A stretch of 64,000 nt of DNA. Origin: an uncultured Candidatus Saccharibacteria bacterium. Lineage in GTDB: Bacteria > Patescibacteriota > Saccharimonadia > CAILAD01 > GCA-016700035. Of this stretch, positions 24,992-35,348 are shown piece after piece (the stretch's first letter is position 1; every line of letters begins with the position of its first letter). Position numbers and translations under genes: made by a program. Under the pieces are notes generated by a model that was not told the origin of the DNA, ran no database searches, and was given only the letters and a program-made list of their open reading frames with translations. The stretch lies in assembly GCA_964583675.1 (NCBI GenBank), contig CAZOVH010000001.1, forward strand, positions 145,754 through 209,753, given 5' to 3'.

Positions 24992-26527
24992 ATGAATCAG
25001 TCACTCGCGTTAGAAATTATGCTTGCTGGTGAGAGCGCGTTGCTCACCGGTGCTGCCGGCTCTGGTAAAACGTATGTGCTCAACAAGTTTATCCGCCTCG
25101 CTCAGCGCGAAGGAAAAAATGTAGCCGTCACGGCAACAACTGGCTTAGCGGCTACACATCTTGGCGGTACAACTATTCATTCTTGGAGCGGTATGGGTAT
25201 TCATAATGTTTTGCCGCCTCGCTTCGTGGATTCGCTCGCGCAATCTCGGAAAGACACCATTGCTGCAGCCGATATTTTGGTGATTGATGAAATTTCGATG
25301 ATGCACGATTATCGACTGGATATTGTTGACGAAATTACGCGCAAGGTTCGCGGCAAAGATGAACCGTTTGGCGGTTTGCAGGTAATTTTATGCGGAGATT
25401 TCTTCCAATTACCCCCTATTAATCGTGACGGCGAACGGGCCGGTGGATTTGTGGTGAACGCGCAAGTTTGGCAGGAACTGAGCCCTGTGGTGTGTTATTT
25501 AGATGAGCAACATCGGCAAGAAGATGATGCATTTTTGGATATTTTAAATGCTATGCGCGCTGGAGATGTGCGCCGACGTCATGTAGAACAGCTTTTGGAA
25601 CAGAAAGATGCCGAGCTAGGCTATGGGCAAGAAGTGACAGAGCTTCATACTACCAACGTTGATGTTGATAGTCTGAACGCTCGCAAGCTCGCCGAACTAA
25701 AAAGTGAGCCGCATCGATATGAAATGCAAACTTCTGGCAAGGCGAATTATCTTGATACTCTCAAACGGTCCTGTTTAGCGGTTGAGGATTTGGTTTTGAA
25801 AGAAGGCGCACTTGTGATGTGTATTCGTAATAGTCCGGATAAGAAATATGTTAATGGAACGCTTGGTGTGGTTATGGGGTTTGAGGATGAAACCGGCTAC
25901 CCGATTGTTGAGTTGCGTGATGGCCGTAAGATTGTGCTTGAACCGGCCACGTGGGAGTTGCGTGATGGTGATAAAAAGCGAGCCTCCATTGTGCAAATTC
26001 CTCTGCGCCTGGCCTGGGCAATAACGGTGCACAAAAGCCAGGGTATGACGCTTGATGCTGCTCGAGTGGATCTCAGACGAGCTTTTGTTGAGGGGATGGG
26101 TTACGTTGCACTATCTCGAGTGCGCAGTTTAGGTACACTCAGTCTTACCGGGATGAACTCGATGGCGATTAAAGTGAGTCCTGAAGCTGTGGCGATTGAT
26201 GGTAAACTGAGATCTCGCTCGGCGGCCGATGCAGAGCGTTTCGTACATCTTCGATCTGCAGCTGCCAAGCGCGCGGTTGAGCCGGAGGTCTTGGACGAGG
26301 TAAAAAAGCCGACTTCTGCCTGGGGTGAGCGACTTGCGGCTATTCGTGCTGAGCATCCTAAAGCCTTCACTCCTTGGAAATCCAGTGACGATGTTGAATT
26401 AAAGCAAATGTATGAAGACGGCAAGGGTGTTGATGTAATCAGCAAAAAACTTGGTCGTCAGCCCGGAGGTGTGCGGGCGCGCATTAAGAAATTCTACGGA
26501 GATGATGCGCTTCTGGCGCGTAAGTGA
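24992..26527 (+). CDS. Pif1-family (SF1B) helicase
   Basis: LTGAAGSGKT, DEISM, PFGGLQVILCGDFFQLPP, LAWAITVHKSQGMTL, YVALSR. Confidence 0.93.
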   Translation: MNQSLALEIMLAGESALLTGAAGSGKTYVLNKFIRLAQREGKNVAVTATTGLAATHLGGTTIHSWSGMGIHNVLPPRFVDSLAQSRKDTIAAADILVIDEISMMHDYRLDIVDEITRKVRGKDEPFGGLQVILCGDFFQLPPINRDGERAGGFVVNAQVWQELSPVVCYLDEQHRQEDDAFLDILNAMRAGDVRRRHVEQLLEQKDAELGYGQEVTELHTTNVDVDSLNARKLAELKSEPHRYEMQTSGKANYLDTLKRSCLAVEDLVLKEGALVMCIRNSPDKKYVNGTLGVVMGFEDETGYPIVELRDGRKIVLEPATWELRDGDKKRASIVQIPLRLAWAITVHKSQGMTLDAARVDLRRAFVEGMGYVALSRVRSLGTLSLTGMNSMAIKVSPEAVAIDGKLRSRSAADAERFVHLRSAAAKRAVEPEVLDEVKKPTSAWGERLAAIRAEHPKAFTPWKSSDDVELKQMYEDGKGVDVISKKLGRQPGGVRARIKKFYGDDALLARK

Positions 26528-26540
26528 TACTATCAAGGGC

Positions 26541-26723
26541 ATGAGTAAGAATTCACACGCTAAGCACGAACATACTAAACACGCTCACGCAAAAAATATT
26601 CAAGAAGAAGCAGTTATTGAGCCAGATTTTCCGCAGGAGCATCGGGCTTTGATGATTGCAATCTTAATTGTCTTTACGTTTATGAGTACATTTGTGTTTG
26701 CGTTGTTCTATATTTTTGGTTAG
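26541..26723 (+). CDS. Small His-rich protein with C-terminal TM
   Basis: ORF from ATG 26541; hydrophobic tail. Confidence 0.55.
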   Translation: MSKNSHAKHEHTKHAHAKNIQEEAVIEPDFPQEHRALMIAILIVFTFMSTFVFALFYIFG

Positions 26724-27931
26724 CCATTTAGTATTTCAAAAACAATCAGACAGGAACTGGTGATGGCGCCTGCCAGTGGTACCCAACGAGGAACCCTAAT
26801 GTGTGATTTATGTTTTTGTGGCCGTCCTTTTATAACAAACAGAGATATGTTTACCAAGACGAAAATGCTTAGTACCACCAGACTAGTAGCACGAGCTAGA
26901 ACCGTAAGTGGTAGAAATACTGCGACAATCATGGTGACGCCTGCAATTACCAGGGTTGCGGCAACAGGAGTGCGAGTGCTGGCGTGCACTTTAGCAAACT
27001 CTTCGCGGATCCAGCCGCGCTTTGCCATGCCGTAAAGCATTCGGGAGCCCATAATGAGATGTGCTAAGCCACCGTTGATGGCAGCCGAAATACCGATAAC
27101 GGTAATGATAAACGCAGGTGCACTGGTGAGCTGTGAGAAAACGAGTGTGAGCGGCGCATCGCTACCTGCGAGTTCGTTTGGAGTAAGTGTATTTGTGGCA
27201 ATAATTGCTACTGATATGTATAGGATGGTTGCTGTTATGAGTGCAATGATAATCGCGAGAGGCATGGTGCGTTCTGGTTTTTTTACCTCCTCTGCAACAT
27301 TTACCATATCTTCAAATCCGATAAATGCGTAGAAAGCCAAGAAGGCACCAGCCAACACGCCAGCAAGCCCGTAGTTTGGATCTATGGCAAAGGTTTGAGC
27401 GGGGTTTGCGAGACCATTTGCTAATGTATTTCTGCCAAACCAAATAACTAGTCCGAGGCCCGCAAGCTCGACGATAGTAAATACTGTCGCGAGTGCTGCC
27501 GATTCTTTCATGCCCTTAATTGCCACGAGTGTAAGGAAAGCCAAGATGCCAATAATTAATACCGGTTCCGGAGCCGGTATAAGCAGCTTTGCGTAGCCAG
27601 CAAAGCCACGCGCTAAAACTCCAGCAGAAACGATGCCACTAATAATCATTAAGATGCCAATCAAGCGTGAAAGACCAGTTTTATTAAAAGCTCCATGCAC
27701 AAATGCGGTTGCACCGGCACTAACCGGAAAGCGCGCTGATAGCTCCATGTAAGAAAGAGCGGTAAAGCCCGCTACCACGCTAGCGATAACGAATGATAGA
27801 GCCGTACCCATTCCGGCCTCACCGGCTACTTTGCCGATGAGAACATAAATTCCGGCCCCAACTATGTTGCCGAGACCATAGAGTGCGATGAGCCAAAGTC
27901 CTAAACTGCGCTTGAGTGTAGTGCGTGCCAT
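26720..27931 (-). CDS. APC-family amino acid permease
   Basis: GLG.IVGAGIY, AFYAFIGFED..N.AEE; multi-TM. Confidence 0.92.
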   Translation of the reverse strand: MARTTLKRSLGLWLIALYGLGNIVGAGIYVLIGKVAGEAGMGTALSFVIASVVAGFTALSYMELSARFPVSAGATAFVHGAFNKTGLSRLIGILMIISGIVSAGVLARGFAGYAKLLIPAPEPVLIIGILAFLTLVAIKGMKESAALATVFTIVELAGLGLVIWFGRNTLANGLANPAQTFAIDPNYGLAGVLAGAFLAFYAFIGFEDMVNVAEEVKKPERTMPLAIIIALITATILYISVAIIATNTLTPNELAGSDAPLTLVFSQLTSAPAFIITVIGISAAINGGLAHLIMGSRMLYGMAKRGWIREEFAKVHASTRTPVAATLVIAGVTMIVAVFLPLTVLARATSLVVLSIFVLVNISLFVIKGRPQKHKSHIRVPRWVPLAGAITSSCLIVFEILNG

Positions 27932-28029
27932 ACATAACCATTATTCAGGATTAGAGACGATATGTAAAAAAGCTTTTCAGGTAGGAGTATAATATAAGTG
28001 TAGAAAAAAGTAAGAAAGTGAGGTTTGTT

Positions 28030-28443
28030 ATGGCAGCCAAAGCCAATAGTGTAACAAATGTTTCTGGCTGGGTAGGCTGGGTCTACTTTGCTGGACTTCT
28101 GATGATTGTAAATGCAGTCTTTCAGATTATTGCGAGTCTTGTAGCATTATTTAACGATCAGCTCTTTGTAGCAGGTGTAAATCGCATCTGGATTGTTGAT
28201 CTGACAACTTGGGGATGGGTGCACCTACTCTTGGGTGTAATTTTGTTCTTTGCAGGTGGAGCTGTTATGGCTGGTAAAATGTGGGGCCGAGTAATCGGTA
28301 TTATCCTCGCAACTCTGGCTATGATGGTAAACTTTGCCTTTATCCCAGTGTATCCACTCTGGTCAATCTTAATGGTTGTAGTAAGTGGTCTCGTGATCTA
28401 CGCCCTGGTAGCTCACGGAAAAGAAGCCGCAAACCTCGAATAA
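28030..28443 (+). CDS. Four-TM membrane protein (actinobacterial DUF7144-like)
   Basis: GW..FAG, DLTTWGW.HL.LG, F..IP.YP.WS pattern. Confidence 0.75.
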   Translation: MAAKANSVTNVSGWVGWVYFAGLLMIVNAVFQIIASLVALFNDQLFVAGVNRIWIVDLTTWGWVHLLLGVILFFAGGAVMAGKMWGRVIGIILATLAMMVNFAFIPVYPLWSILMVVVSGLVIYALVAHGKEAANLE

Positions 28444-28477
28444 AGAGAGTTGCAGTAGCCATTTAAAAGCACCGAGT

Positions 28478-28915
28478 CTAGGCTTGGTGCTTTTTGGTAA
28501 GTTGCTTAAGTTTTTTTGTATCGATGGTTGGAGCTGGCTCTTTAATTACTTCAAGCCGCAGAGGTTTTTTGGAGAAGGCAAGAATGAGCATCCCAACAGG
28601 GGCGCCTAGTGTGAGCCAAAAAGATGAAAAGGCAGTACTCTTGCCAAAAATTTTACCGAGACGTATGCCAATTGGGATTGAGTAAATTGGTCCTAGGTAG
28701 GGAACAAATGCCACAGCTTGCCAGGTTTTTGGTAGGCCGAGAACGCGAATGAGCACGATGTAGTTGTAGGCGGGAATATATGCTGGCCACATTTTTTGTC
28801 CAAGGCGGCGGAAGACAAGGCTTAATCCGAGCATATACACGAGGTAAGCTAAGATCATTGCTAGGCCCACGCTTAAGATGAGCTGCAGAAGCCATTGGAG
28901 TATATCTACTATCAT
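28478..28915 (-). CDS. DUF5684-like membrane protein
   Basis: F..LG..MW.A.IP.YN ... FGKS.AF; start moved to 28915. Confidence 0.7.
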   Translation of the reverse strand: MIVDILQWLLQLILSVGLAMILAYLVYMLGLSLVFRRLGQKMWPAYIPAYNYIVLIRVLGLPKTWQAVAFVPYLGPIYSIPIGIRLGKIFGKSTAFSSFWLTLGAPVGMLILAFSKKPLRLEVIKEPAPTIDTKKLKQLTKKHQA

Positions 28916-28980
28916 GCTTGTTATTGTACCCGGTTTTCCTAAAATAGTCGCATCTATCCCGCTTACGCTACAATAGAGAT

Positions 28981-30210
28981 ATGTTGCATCAAGCTGTAAA
29001 GTCCATAGAGCCTGCGAGCTATGCCTCGTTTCTGACAAAGAGACAGATGGCAAAACTAGAGTCTTCTGCAGGAAAACTGCAGGGTAAAAAAATATATGAA
29101 ATTAACTCAACTGCAACTGGAGGCGGTGTGGTTGAGCTTTTGCAATCCCAAATCCCCTTAATGCAAGGGCTTGGGCTACAGGCCGAGTGGCTGGTTTTGC
29201 CACCGGATGAGCGGTTTTTCGCTATCACCAAGCAGTTTCACAATGCTCTTCAGGGTGGCCGAGATAGTTTGCCCGAAGATTTAGATTATTACGATGTGTA
29301 TACACAGAAGATTGCCGCCACGGTTCCGCGTGATGGCGATATCTATATTTTGCATGACCCACAAACGCTTGGCCTCATTCCGTTTCTTGCCGATAAGGTG
29401 GTAGTTTGGCGTTGCCACATAGACCTTACAAACGCTGAGCCACATACGTTTTCTTGGTTGCGTCGCCGTTTGCGCGCGGTCGATGGCTCGATTTTTTCTC
29501 TACCAAGCTATACTGCCGGCATCGAAAATACGCATATTGTACATCCGTCAATCGATCCGCTTCGACCAAAAAATATGGCGCTATCCGAGGATGAGAGCAC
29601 AGCAGTGCTTGCTCGAATCGGCGTGGATGTCAGTCGTCCATTTATTACACAAATTTCTCGCTACGATATATTTAAAGATCCTATAGGAGTTTTGGAAGTT
29701 GTAAGTCGTGTGCAAAAAACTATGCCCGATTTGCAATGTGTGATGTTGGGTAATTATGCTGATGATGACCCGGAGGGCGAGGAGATGTACCTTAAGGTTC
29801 GTGAAGCGGCGAAGAGTATCTCACGTGCGTTGGTTTTGGTGAATGTGCCGGATAACGAAAAGGTAGTAAACGCTTTGCAGTCGCGAGCCGCTGCCGTGAT
29901 GCAATATTCTTCAAAAGAAGGTTTTGGACTTACAGTTACCGAAGCAATGTGGAAAGGCGCGCTCGTTTGTGCTCGACCAGTGGGCGGCATATCGTTACAG
30001 ATTAAAAACCGCAAAACCGGTATTGTATTAACTGGCAACCATAATCATGATGCGGATCGGATTATACGTTTGCTAAGCACATCAAATGATCACCAAGATA
30101 TTCGCGAGGCTGCGCGAGCACATGTGGAAAAAAACTTTATAACCCCCGTGATGCTGAATGGTTACTTAGATGTGTATCAGAAGATAGCTGCAAGCTTAGA
30201 GCTAGGTTAG
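28981..30210 (+). CDS. Trehalose synthase TreT-like GT4 glycosyltransferase
   Basis: INST..GGGV.E.L, HDPQ, WRCHID, SR.D..KDP.G, EGFGLTVTEAMWK. Confidence 0.85.
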   Translation: MLHQAVKSIEPASYASFLTKRQMAKLESSAGKLQGKKIYEINSTATGGGVVELLQSQIPLMQGLGLQAEWLVLPPDERFFAITKQFHNALQGGRDSLPEDLDYYDVYTQKIAATVPRDGDIYILHDPQTLGLIPFLADKVVVWRCHIDLTNAEPHTFSWLRRRLRAVDGSIFSLPSYTAGIENTHIVHPSIDPLRPKNMALSEDESTAVLARIGVDVSRPFITQISRYDIFKDPIGVLEVVSRVQKTMPDLQCVMLGNYADDDPEGEEMYLKVREAAKSISRALVLVNVPDNEKVVNALQSRAAAVMQYSSKEGFGLTVTEAMWKGALVCARPVGGISLQIKNRKTGIVLTGNHNHDADRIIRLLSTSNDHQDIREAARAHVEKNFITPVMLNGYLDVYQKIAASLELG

Positions 30211-31391
30211 CGCTTGCGAGCTGCGAGTAGCTCAACGACACTTACGTAGATGCAGTAGGCGAGCACAGCCTGGATGATTGTTTGCCAGGTGATGGAGGGC
30301 TTGAGGATGAGTGCAGTAAAGGCAAGCACTATTCCGCCAACACGCCAGCTCAAGATGTTCTTACGCAGCCAAGCACGAGAAAGTGTAAGTGCGTGATAGA
30401 GACGAGTTCCTGTAAGTTTGTCGAGACCTATTAAGTGGCGCAGCTTTTTTGCCCAGGTAAAAGGCCCGGCGAAAGTCATGATAATCGAGGCTACCACGCC
30501 AATTATGAGTGTGTTGGTGGTGACATTCTTGAATCCAGCCGTGAGTGAATCCCAAATGACTCCTGCTGCTGCCTGATAGGTAGTTGCAACATCGCCAATT
30601 ATTTCTGGTCGAGCGGCCTTTAAGAGAATCAGCTCAATTGCAGTAATGACTACTACTGTAAGTGTAATAGCAAAGCCGGTCTTCCAGCGTTGGCGAGAAA
30701 CTGCGATGGCACCGATGTAGGCTGCAGCAAACAACATCGGCAAGATTACGTAGAGTGCTTGCGTGTACTGATAGGCAAGACGCATGTCTTGAATACGCTC
30801 ACGAAGATTAACGGCAACTTCAGCGGCTTGGCTGTTCTGAAGGTTGCTGGAGATGGTGCCGGAGCCGTTTGATTGGAGTCGATCGCGAATTTTTTCGATA
30901 AACGGCGTGATATTTACGCCAAACACCACTCGTTCTTTTTGCGCATTAAATTCTGCCTGGGGTTGCTTGAGGGTTGTCATCAGGCGGGAATGAGCAGCTT
31001 CATTGGCGGAGATCCAAATGCCATTAAATTGATCGCTAGCAATCAGGTTGCTGCCAATTTTCTCTGTAGCAGATACAACTTGACTGGCAAGTGGAGGTGC
31101 AATAAATGCAGCTTTTTCTGGAAGAGCCTGTTTTATTTCGGCTTCGAGATCGATAGTACTGTAAAGTTTTTCGGTGGCATATTTACTAAGTGCACTTGAA
31201 ACATCACTGTTTTTTGTAAGTGGAGCCACGGTTTTGACATAGTTTTGTGTATCAAATACATAGACATTTAGCCAACGCAGAATGAGCCAGTTGCCAAGCG
31301 CGATAGTCCCGACTCCGATAAGGAAGCCGACAATAATGGCACGCCATTTATTTGCAGTAGGTGCTGTTGAATTCGTAGATGATTTTTTCAT
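30207..31391 (-). CDS. Integral membrane protein
   Basis: N-terminal TM, DT..YV.TVAPL and F...W..AN..AH periplasmic motifs, C-terminal TMs. Confidence 0.75.
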   Translation of the reverse strand: MKKSSTNSTAPTANKWRAIIVGFLIGVGTIALGNWLILRWLNVYVFDTQNYVKTVAPLTKNSDVSSALSKYATEKLYSTIDLEAEIKQALPEKAAFIAPPLASQVVSATEKIGSNLIASDQFNGIWISANEAAHSRLMTTLKQPQAEFNAQKERVVFGVNITPFIEKIRDRLQSNGSGTISSNLQNSQAAEVAVNLRERIQDMRLAYQYTQALYVILPMLFAAAYIGAIAVSRQRWKTGFAITLTVVVITAIELILLKAARPEIIGDVATTYQAAAGVIWDSLTAGFKNVTTNTLIIGVVASIIMTFAGPFTWAKKLRHLIGLDKLTGTRLYHALTLSRAWLRKNILSWRVGGIVLAFTALILKPSITWQTIIQAVLAYCIYVSVVELLAARKR

Positions 31392-31531
31392 ACATGTAGT
31401 GCCTTTAACTAAGGTTAGTTATACGACCCATCTCCTTATAGGTCAAGCAGAAGCGAAATTGAGTGGCTATTTTTTTTCATGGGCTTGCTGTACAGTAGTT
31501 GTAAAGTAACAGGTACGGAAGCACGAAAAAC

Positions 31532-33127
31532 ATGTCTAAGAAAGCCAAAAAACTCCTCATCTTGCTGGCAGCAGCCCAATTTATTTTTACGCTCGATTCT
31601 ACGGTAATGAACGTTTCGATTTCGACGTTGGTTAAGGATCTTAATACAACGGTTGGTGAAATTCAGTCAGCCATCGCTTTCTATTCACTGGTAATGGCTG
31701 CCTTCATGGTGGCCGGTGCGAAGGTGGGCGATATTATTGGCCGCAAAAAAGCATTCATCATTGGTATGTGTATTTATGGCGCTGGAAGTGCACTGACTGC
31801 GTTGGCGCCAAACGTTCAAGTTTTAAAATTCGGCTGGTCTTTTTTGGAAGGTATGGGTGCAGCACTTGCAATCCCAGCTATGCTTTCGCTGATTGCGGGT
31901 AATTTTACAAAGCCGGATGAGCGCTTGAAGGCATATGGAACTGTAGCAGCCATGGCCGGTATTGCCGCTGGGCTAGGGCCAATTATTGGTGGGTTTCTTA
32001 CTACCTATGCTACGTGGCGATTGGCTTTTGCTGCAGAAGTTTTGGTGGTGATTTGGATCTTGGTTCAGCAAGGGCTGATTCGTGATGTCAAACTAGATGG
32101 ACCAAAGATGAAACTTGATGTAGTTGGTGTTGTATTGTCGGTGGCCGGTTTGGGGCTTATGGTACAGGGAATTCTTATGGCCGGTACATATGGCTTGCTT
32201 CAGGCGCGTCAAAGTTTTTCATTGGCAGGAGTTACCCTTGAAGTGGGCGGCATCTCACCGTCCATAGTTGGGATCGCTTTGGGCATTGGTGTACTTGTAC
32301 TATTCGCGTTGTGGGAAGGTTTACGCGCTAAGCAGGGCAAAGATATGTTGGTGAATTTGGAGCTCTTTAAGCTTCCGACGGTCAGTGGTGGCACTCTCAC
32401 AATTTTGTCACAGCAGTTTGTTTTGGGCGGGCTGATGTATGTTATGGCCTTGTTCTTGCAAATTCAACAGGGGATGACAGCATTTCAAACCGGTTTTGTG
32501 TTGTTACCACTCTCACTCTGCTTGCTTTTAGCGGCTGCAAAGGGTGGAGACCTAGCGAAGCGTTTTGATCCCCGAGAGATTATTCGAGTTGGCTATGTGC
32601 TTATTTTGACTGGTGTCCTGGTGATAGCTTTCCGCTCGCGTGATATCGCATCAGATCCAACCTTCCCGCTCTCGTTAGCTGTTGCTGGTATTGGTTTAGG
32701 GCTGATCAGTTCTCAATTGCAAAACCTTGTTCAGTCTTCAGTTACAAAAGAACAGTCTAGTGAAACTTCCGGACTTATGTCTACTTTTCAAAATCTTGGC
32801 ATGTCACTTGGGACTGCGATTGCTGGTGTGGCACTGACAGGATTCCTTATCTCAGTCAGCTCTCAACTCATAACTGAAAACACAGTGCTGACTAGTACCC
32901 AAAAGCAGCAATACGAGAACGCACTCCAAACACAGGCTCAGGTGGTAAGTGATTCGGCATTACAGAATGAATTACAGGATGAAGATCCTGCAGCAGCTGC
33001 GGAGGTAGTGCAGATTAATGCTGAAGCTCGAGCGCAAGCACTGACATATTCATTTGTAGCAATCGCGGTTTTGGGTGCACTCGGCCTTGCAGCAACTGCT
33101 CGCTTACCAAAGCGCGAGATAGCTTAA
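31532..33127 (+). CDS. MFS transporter (DHA2/EmrB-QacA-like)
   Basis: LDSTVMNVS, G...DIIGRKK, GPIIGG.L...TWR; multi-TM. Confidence 0.92.
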   Translation: MSKKAKKLLILLAAAQFIFTLDSTVMNVSISTLVKDLNTTVGEIQSAIAFYSLVMAAFMVAGAKVGDIIGRKKAFIIGMCIYGAGSALTALAPNVQVLKFGWSFLEGMGAALAIPAMLSLIAGNFTKPDERLKAYGTVAAMAGIAAGLGPIIGGFLTTYATWRLAFAAEVLVVIWILVQQGLIRDVKLDGPKMKLDVVGVVLSVAGLGLMVQGILMAGTYGLLQARQSFSLAGVTLEVGGISPSIVGIALGIGVLVLFALWEGLRAKQGKDMLVNLELFKLPTVSGGTLTILSQQFVLGGLMYVMALFLQIQQGMTAFQTGFVLLPLSLCLLLAAAKGGDLAKRFDPREIIRVGYVLILTGVLVIAFRSRDIASDPTFPLSLAVAGIGLGLISSQLQNLVQSSVTKEQSSETSGLMSTFQNLGMSLGTAIAGVALTGFLISVSSQLITENTVLTSTQKQQYENALQTQAQVVSDSALQNELQDEDPAAAAEVVQINAEARAQALTYSFVAIAVLGALGLAATARLPKREIA

Positions 33128-34137
33128 ACTTTCTGCGGCTCCACTAGATTTTGGGCTTTGCCAGTCTGAAAGCTGTGAATATTATCGAGTGAAGTTTGCC
33201 AAATGCGACTGACTGCTTCGGCTGTGTTAAAAGCGTTATGCGGAGAAATAATAACATTAGGAAGCTTTTCGAGCGCAGCAATTTCTGCGGCTAGCTGAAG
33301 CTTCTTTTTAGATTTGTGTTGGCGGATTATTTGCAGTTCATGCTGTGAGTCGAGCAGTTCTTCGCCTTCAATTACATCAAGCGCGGCTCCGGCAATTTTT
33401 TGTGAGTTTAGCGCCATGGTGAGTGCATCGGTATTGATAATCTCCCCTCGAGAAGTATTAATAAGTAAACTAGTTGGCTTCATAGCTCGAAATGCCGATG
33501 CATCAAACAGATGGTGAGTAGTTTTACTTAGCGGTGCATGAATAGTAATAATGTCGCTTGTTTTAATGAGTCCACGAAAGTCCACATAAGAGAATCCAAG
33601 CTGACCTTCGAGCTCTAAGCGCGGAAAAGGATCAAAGCCAACAACTTTCATGCCAAAGCCACGACCGATAGAGATTGCGTGAGAGCCAATGCGTCCTGTG
33701 CCCACAACTCCCAGTGTTTTTCCTGCCAAGTCGATGCCGCCCAGCTCGTGGGTATCAATCTCGCCATCACGAACTTGGTCGATTGCTTGAGGGATTTTGC
33801 GTGCTAATGCGAGTAGTAGCGCAAACGCGTACTCGGCAACGGTATTTTCTCCGTAGCTTGGCACATTAGAAGTAAGAATTCCGCGTTTGTGAGCGGCAGC
33901 AAGATCAACATTATCGTAGCCAGTTGAACGGCAGGCAATAAATTTCAACTTGGGTAACTTTTCTACCACCGAAGACGATACATCTGAGGTTACAAAGATC
34001 GAGATAATCTCGCAGTTTGCAGCTAGCATAGCGGTCTCATCTGACAATGGTTCGGCGCAAATAATCGCTTTCGGGAAAGCTTCTATTACGCGCTTCTTAT
34101 CGTCATCTGCGACGTCAAAAAATGCGATAGCAGTCAC
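33124..34137 (-). CDS. D-2-hydroxyacid dehydrogenase (D-lactate/glycerate dehydrogenase-like)
   Basis: RSTGYDNVD, GVVGTGRIG, INTSRG, LDVIEGE, SPHNAF. Confidence 0.92.
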   Translation of the reverse strand: MTAIAFFDVADDDKKRVIEAFPKAIICAEPLSDETAMLAANCEIISIFVTSDVSSSVVEKLPKLKFIACRSTGYDNVDLAAAHKRGILTSNVPSYGENTVAEYAFALLLALARKIPQAIDQVRDGEIDTHELGGIDLAGKTLGVVGTGRIGSHAISIGRGFGMKVVGFDPFPRLELEGQLGFSYVDFRGLIKTSDIITIHAPLSKTTHHLFDASAFRAMKPTSLLINTSRGEIINTDALTMALNSQKIAGAALDVIEGEELLDSQHELQIIRQHKSKKKLQLAAEIAALEKLPNVIISPHNAFNTAEAVSRIWQTSLDNIHSFQTGKAQNLVEPQKV

Positions 34138-35348
34138 ACTAGTTGCGCCTCAATTTCAAGTAAGCGGTTATATTTTTCGACTCTTTCACCTCGGCGCGGC
34201 GCACCGATTTTTACTGCGTCTGCTCCAAAGCCGTACGCTAGATCGATAATGAGATGATCATTAGTTTCGCCAGAGCGGTGAGAGATAATTACTGATAGCT
34301 TATGTTTTTGAGCGGTAGTAATTGCCTCGATGGCTTGAGAGATGGTGCCAATTTGATTTGGTTTTATAATGACGCCGCGAATAGCATGTTTTTCTGCAAG
34401 ATTTGCGATGCGTACTGCATCGGTAACAGTAATATCGTCGCCAACAATCAGACCGGTTGGGTGTGTTGCGACGTAGTCTATAAAGGCTTCTTCGTCTACT
34501 TCTGCAAATGGATCTTCGAGGCTAGCGATACCATACTTGCTAGCTAGTCCAGAAAGTCGAGCACTCCAATCTTTGCTTGAGAGTTTTTGACCTTCAAATG
34601 CGTAAGTTCCGCCAGAATAAAAACTTGACGCAGCTACGTCGAGCGCAATTGCCATGCCGCCAGTTTTTTGGCACAATTCGTGCATCATTTCTAATATTTC
34701 TTCAGCTTTTGCCCCAGCTGGTGCCATGCCGCCTTCGTCTCCTACGAGCTTTGCTGATGATCCATATTTTTCAGTGAGCGTTTTTTGTAGCTCGGCATGA
34801 AAGTCATATATTTGAGAGATGGCTTGCGAGGGGGTAGTGCTTTTGGGGACGATCATAAACTCTTGTATATCCAAGCCTGGGGCATGTTTACCGCCATTTA
34901 CAAGATTGGCAAAAATATGCGGAAATGCAGGAGCCTTGCCAGAGATATTTTGAAAATATTCCCACAGTGCGAGTTTTTGTACGCGTGCCGCTAGGTGGGC
35001 GAAAGCACCAGAAAGCGCAAGCGAGGTGTTGCCGCCAAGCTCAATTTTTTGCGGTGATGGATCAACTGTTTGTAGCCAATCATCAAAGTGTTTTTGATCG
35101 CTAAAATCTCGACGTGTGATTTCGGGCTTGAGCTGAGAGTTAATCAACTTAATAGCGTTTTGTACGCCTTGGCCGTGATATAGTGTGCCTCCATCACGCA
35201 ATTCCATAGCCTCGTTTTCACCTTTGCTGGCGCCTGCCGGAACGCTGTATGTTGCACTCACGCCACTCTCTGTAGCTAACCTAACTTCAATGGTTGGTGT
35301 GCCTCGCGAGTCGAGTATTTGTAGTGCTCGAACGTCGGTAATTTTCAT
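34134..35348 (-). CDS. eno: Enolase
   Basis: ILDSRG.PT, QEFMI, GDEGG, KPNQIG, SHRSGET, ERVEKYN. Confidence 0.95.
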   Translation of the reverse strand: MKITDVRALQILDSRGTPTIEVRLATESGVSATYSVPAGASKGENEAMELRDGGTLYHGQGVQNAIKLINSQLKPEITRRDFSDQKHFDDWLQTVDPSPQKIELGGNTSLALSGAFAHLAARVQKLALWEYFQNISGKAPAFPHIFANLVNGGKHAPGLDIQEFMIVPKSTTPSQAISQIYDFHAELQKTLTEKYGSSAKLVGDEGGMAPAGAKAEEILEMMHELCQKTGGMAIALDVAASSFYSGGTYAFEGQKLSSKDWSARLSGLASKYGIASLEDPFAEVDEEAFIDYVATHPTGLIVGDDITVTDAVRIANLAEKHAIRGVIIKPNQIGTISQAIEAITTAQKHKLSVIISHRSGETNDHLIIDLAYGFGADAVKIGAPRRGERVEKYNRLLEIEAQLV

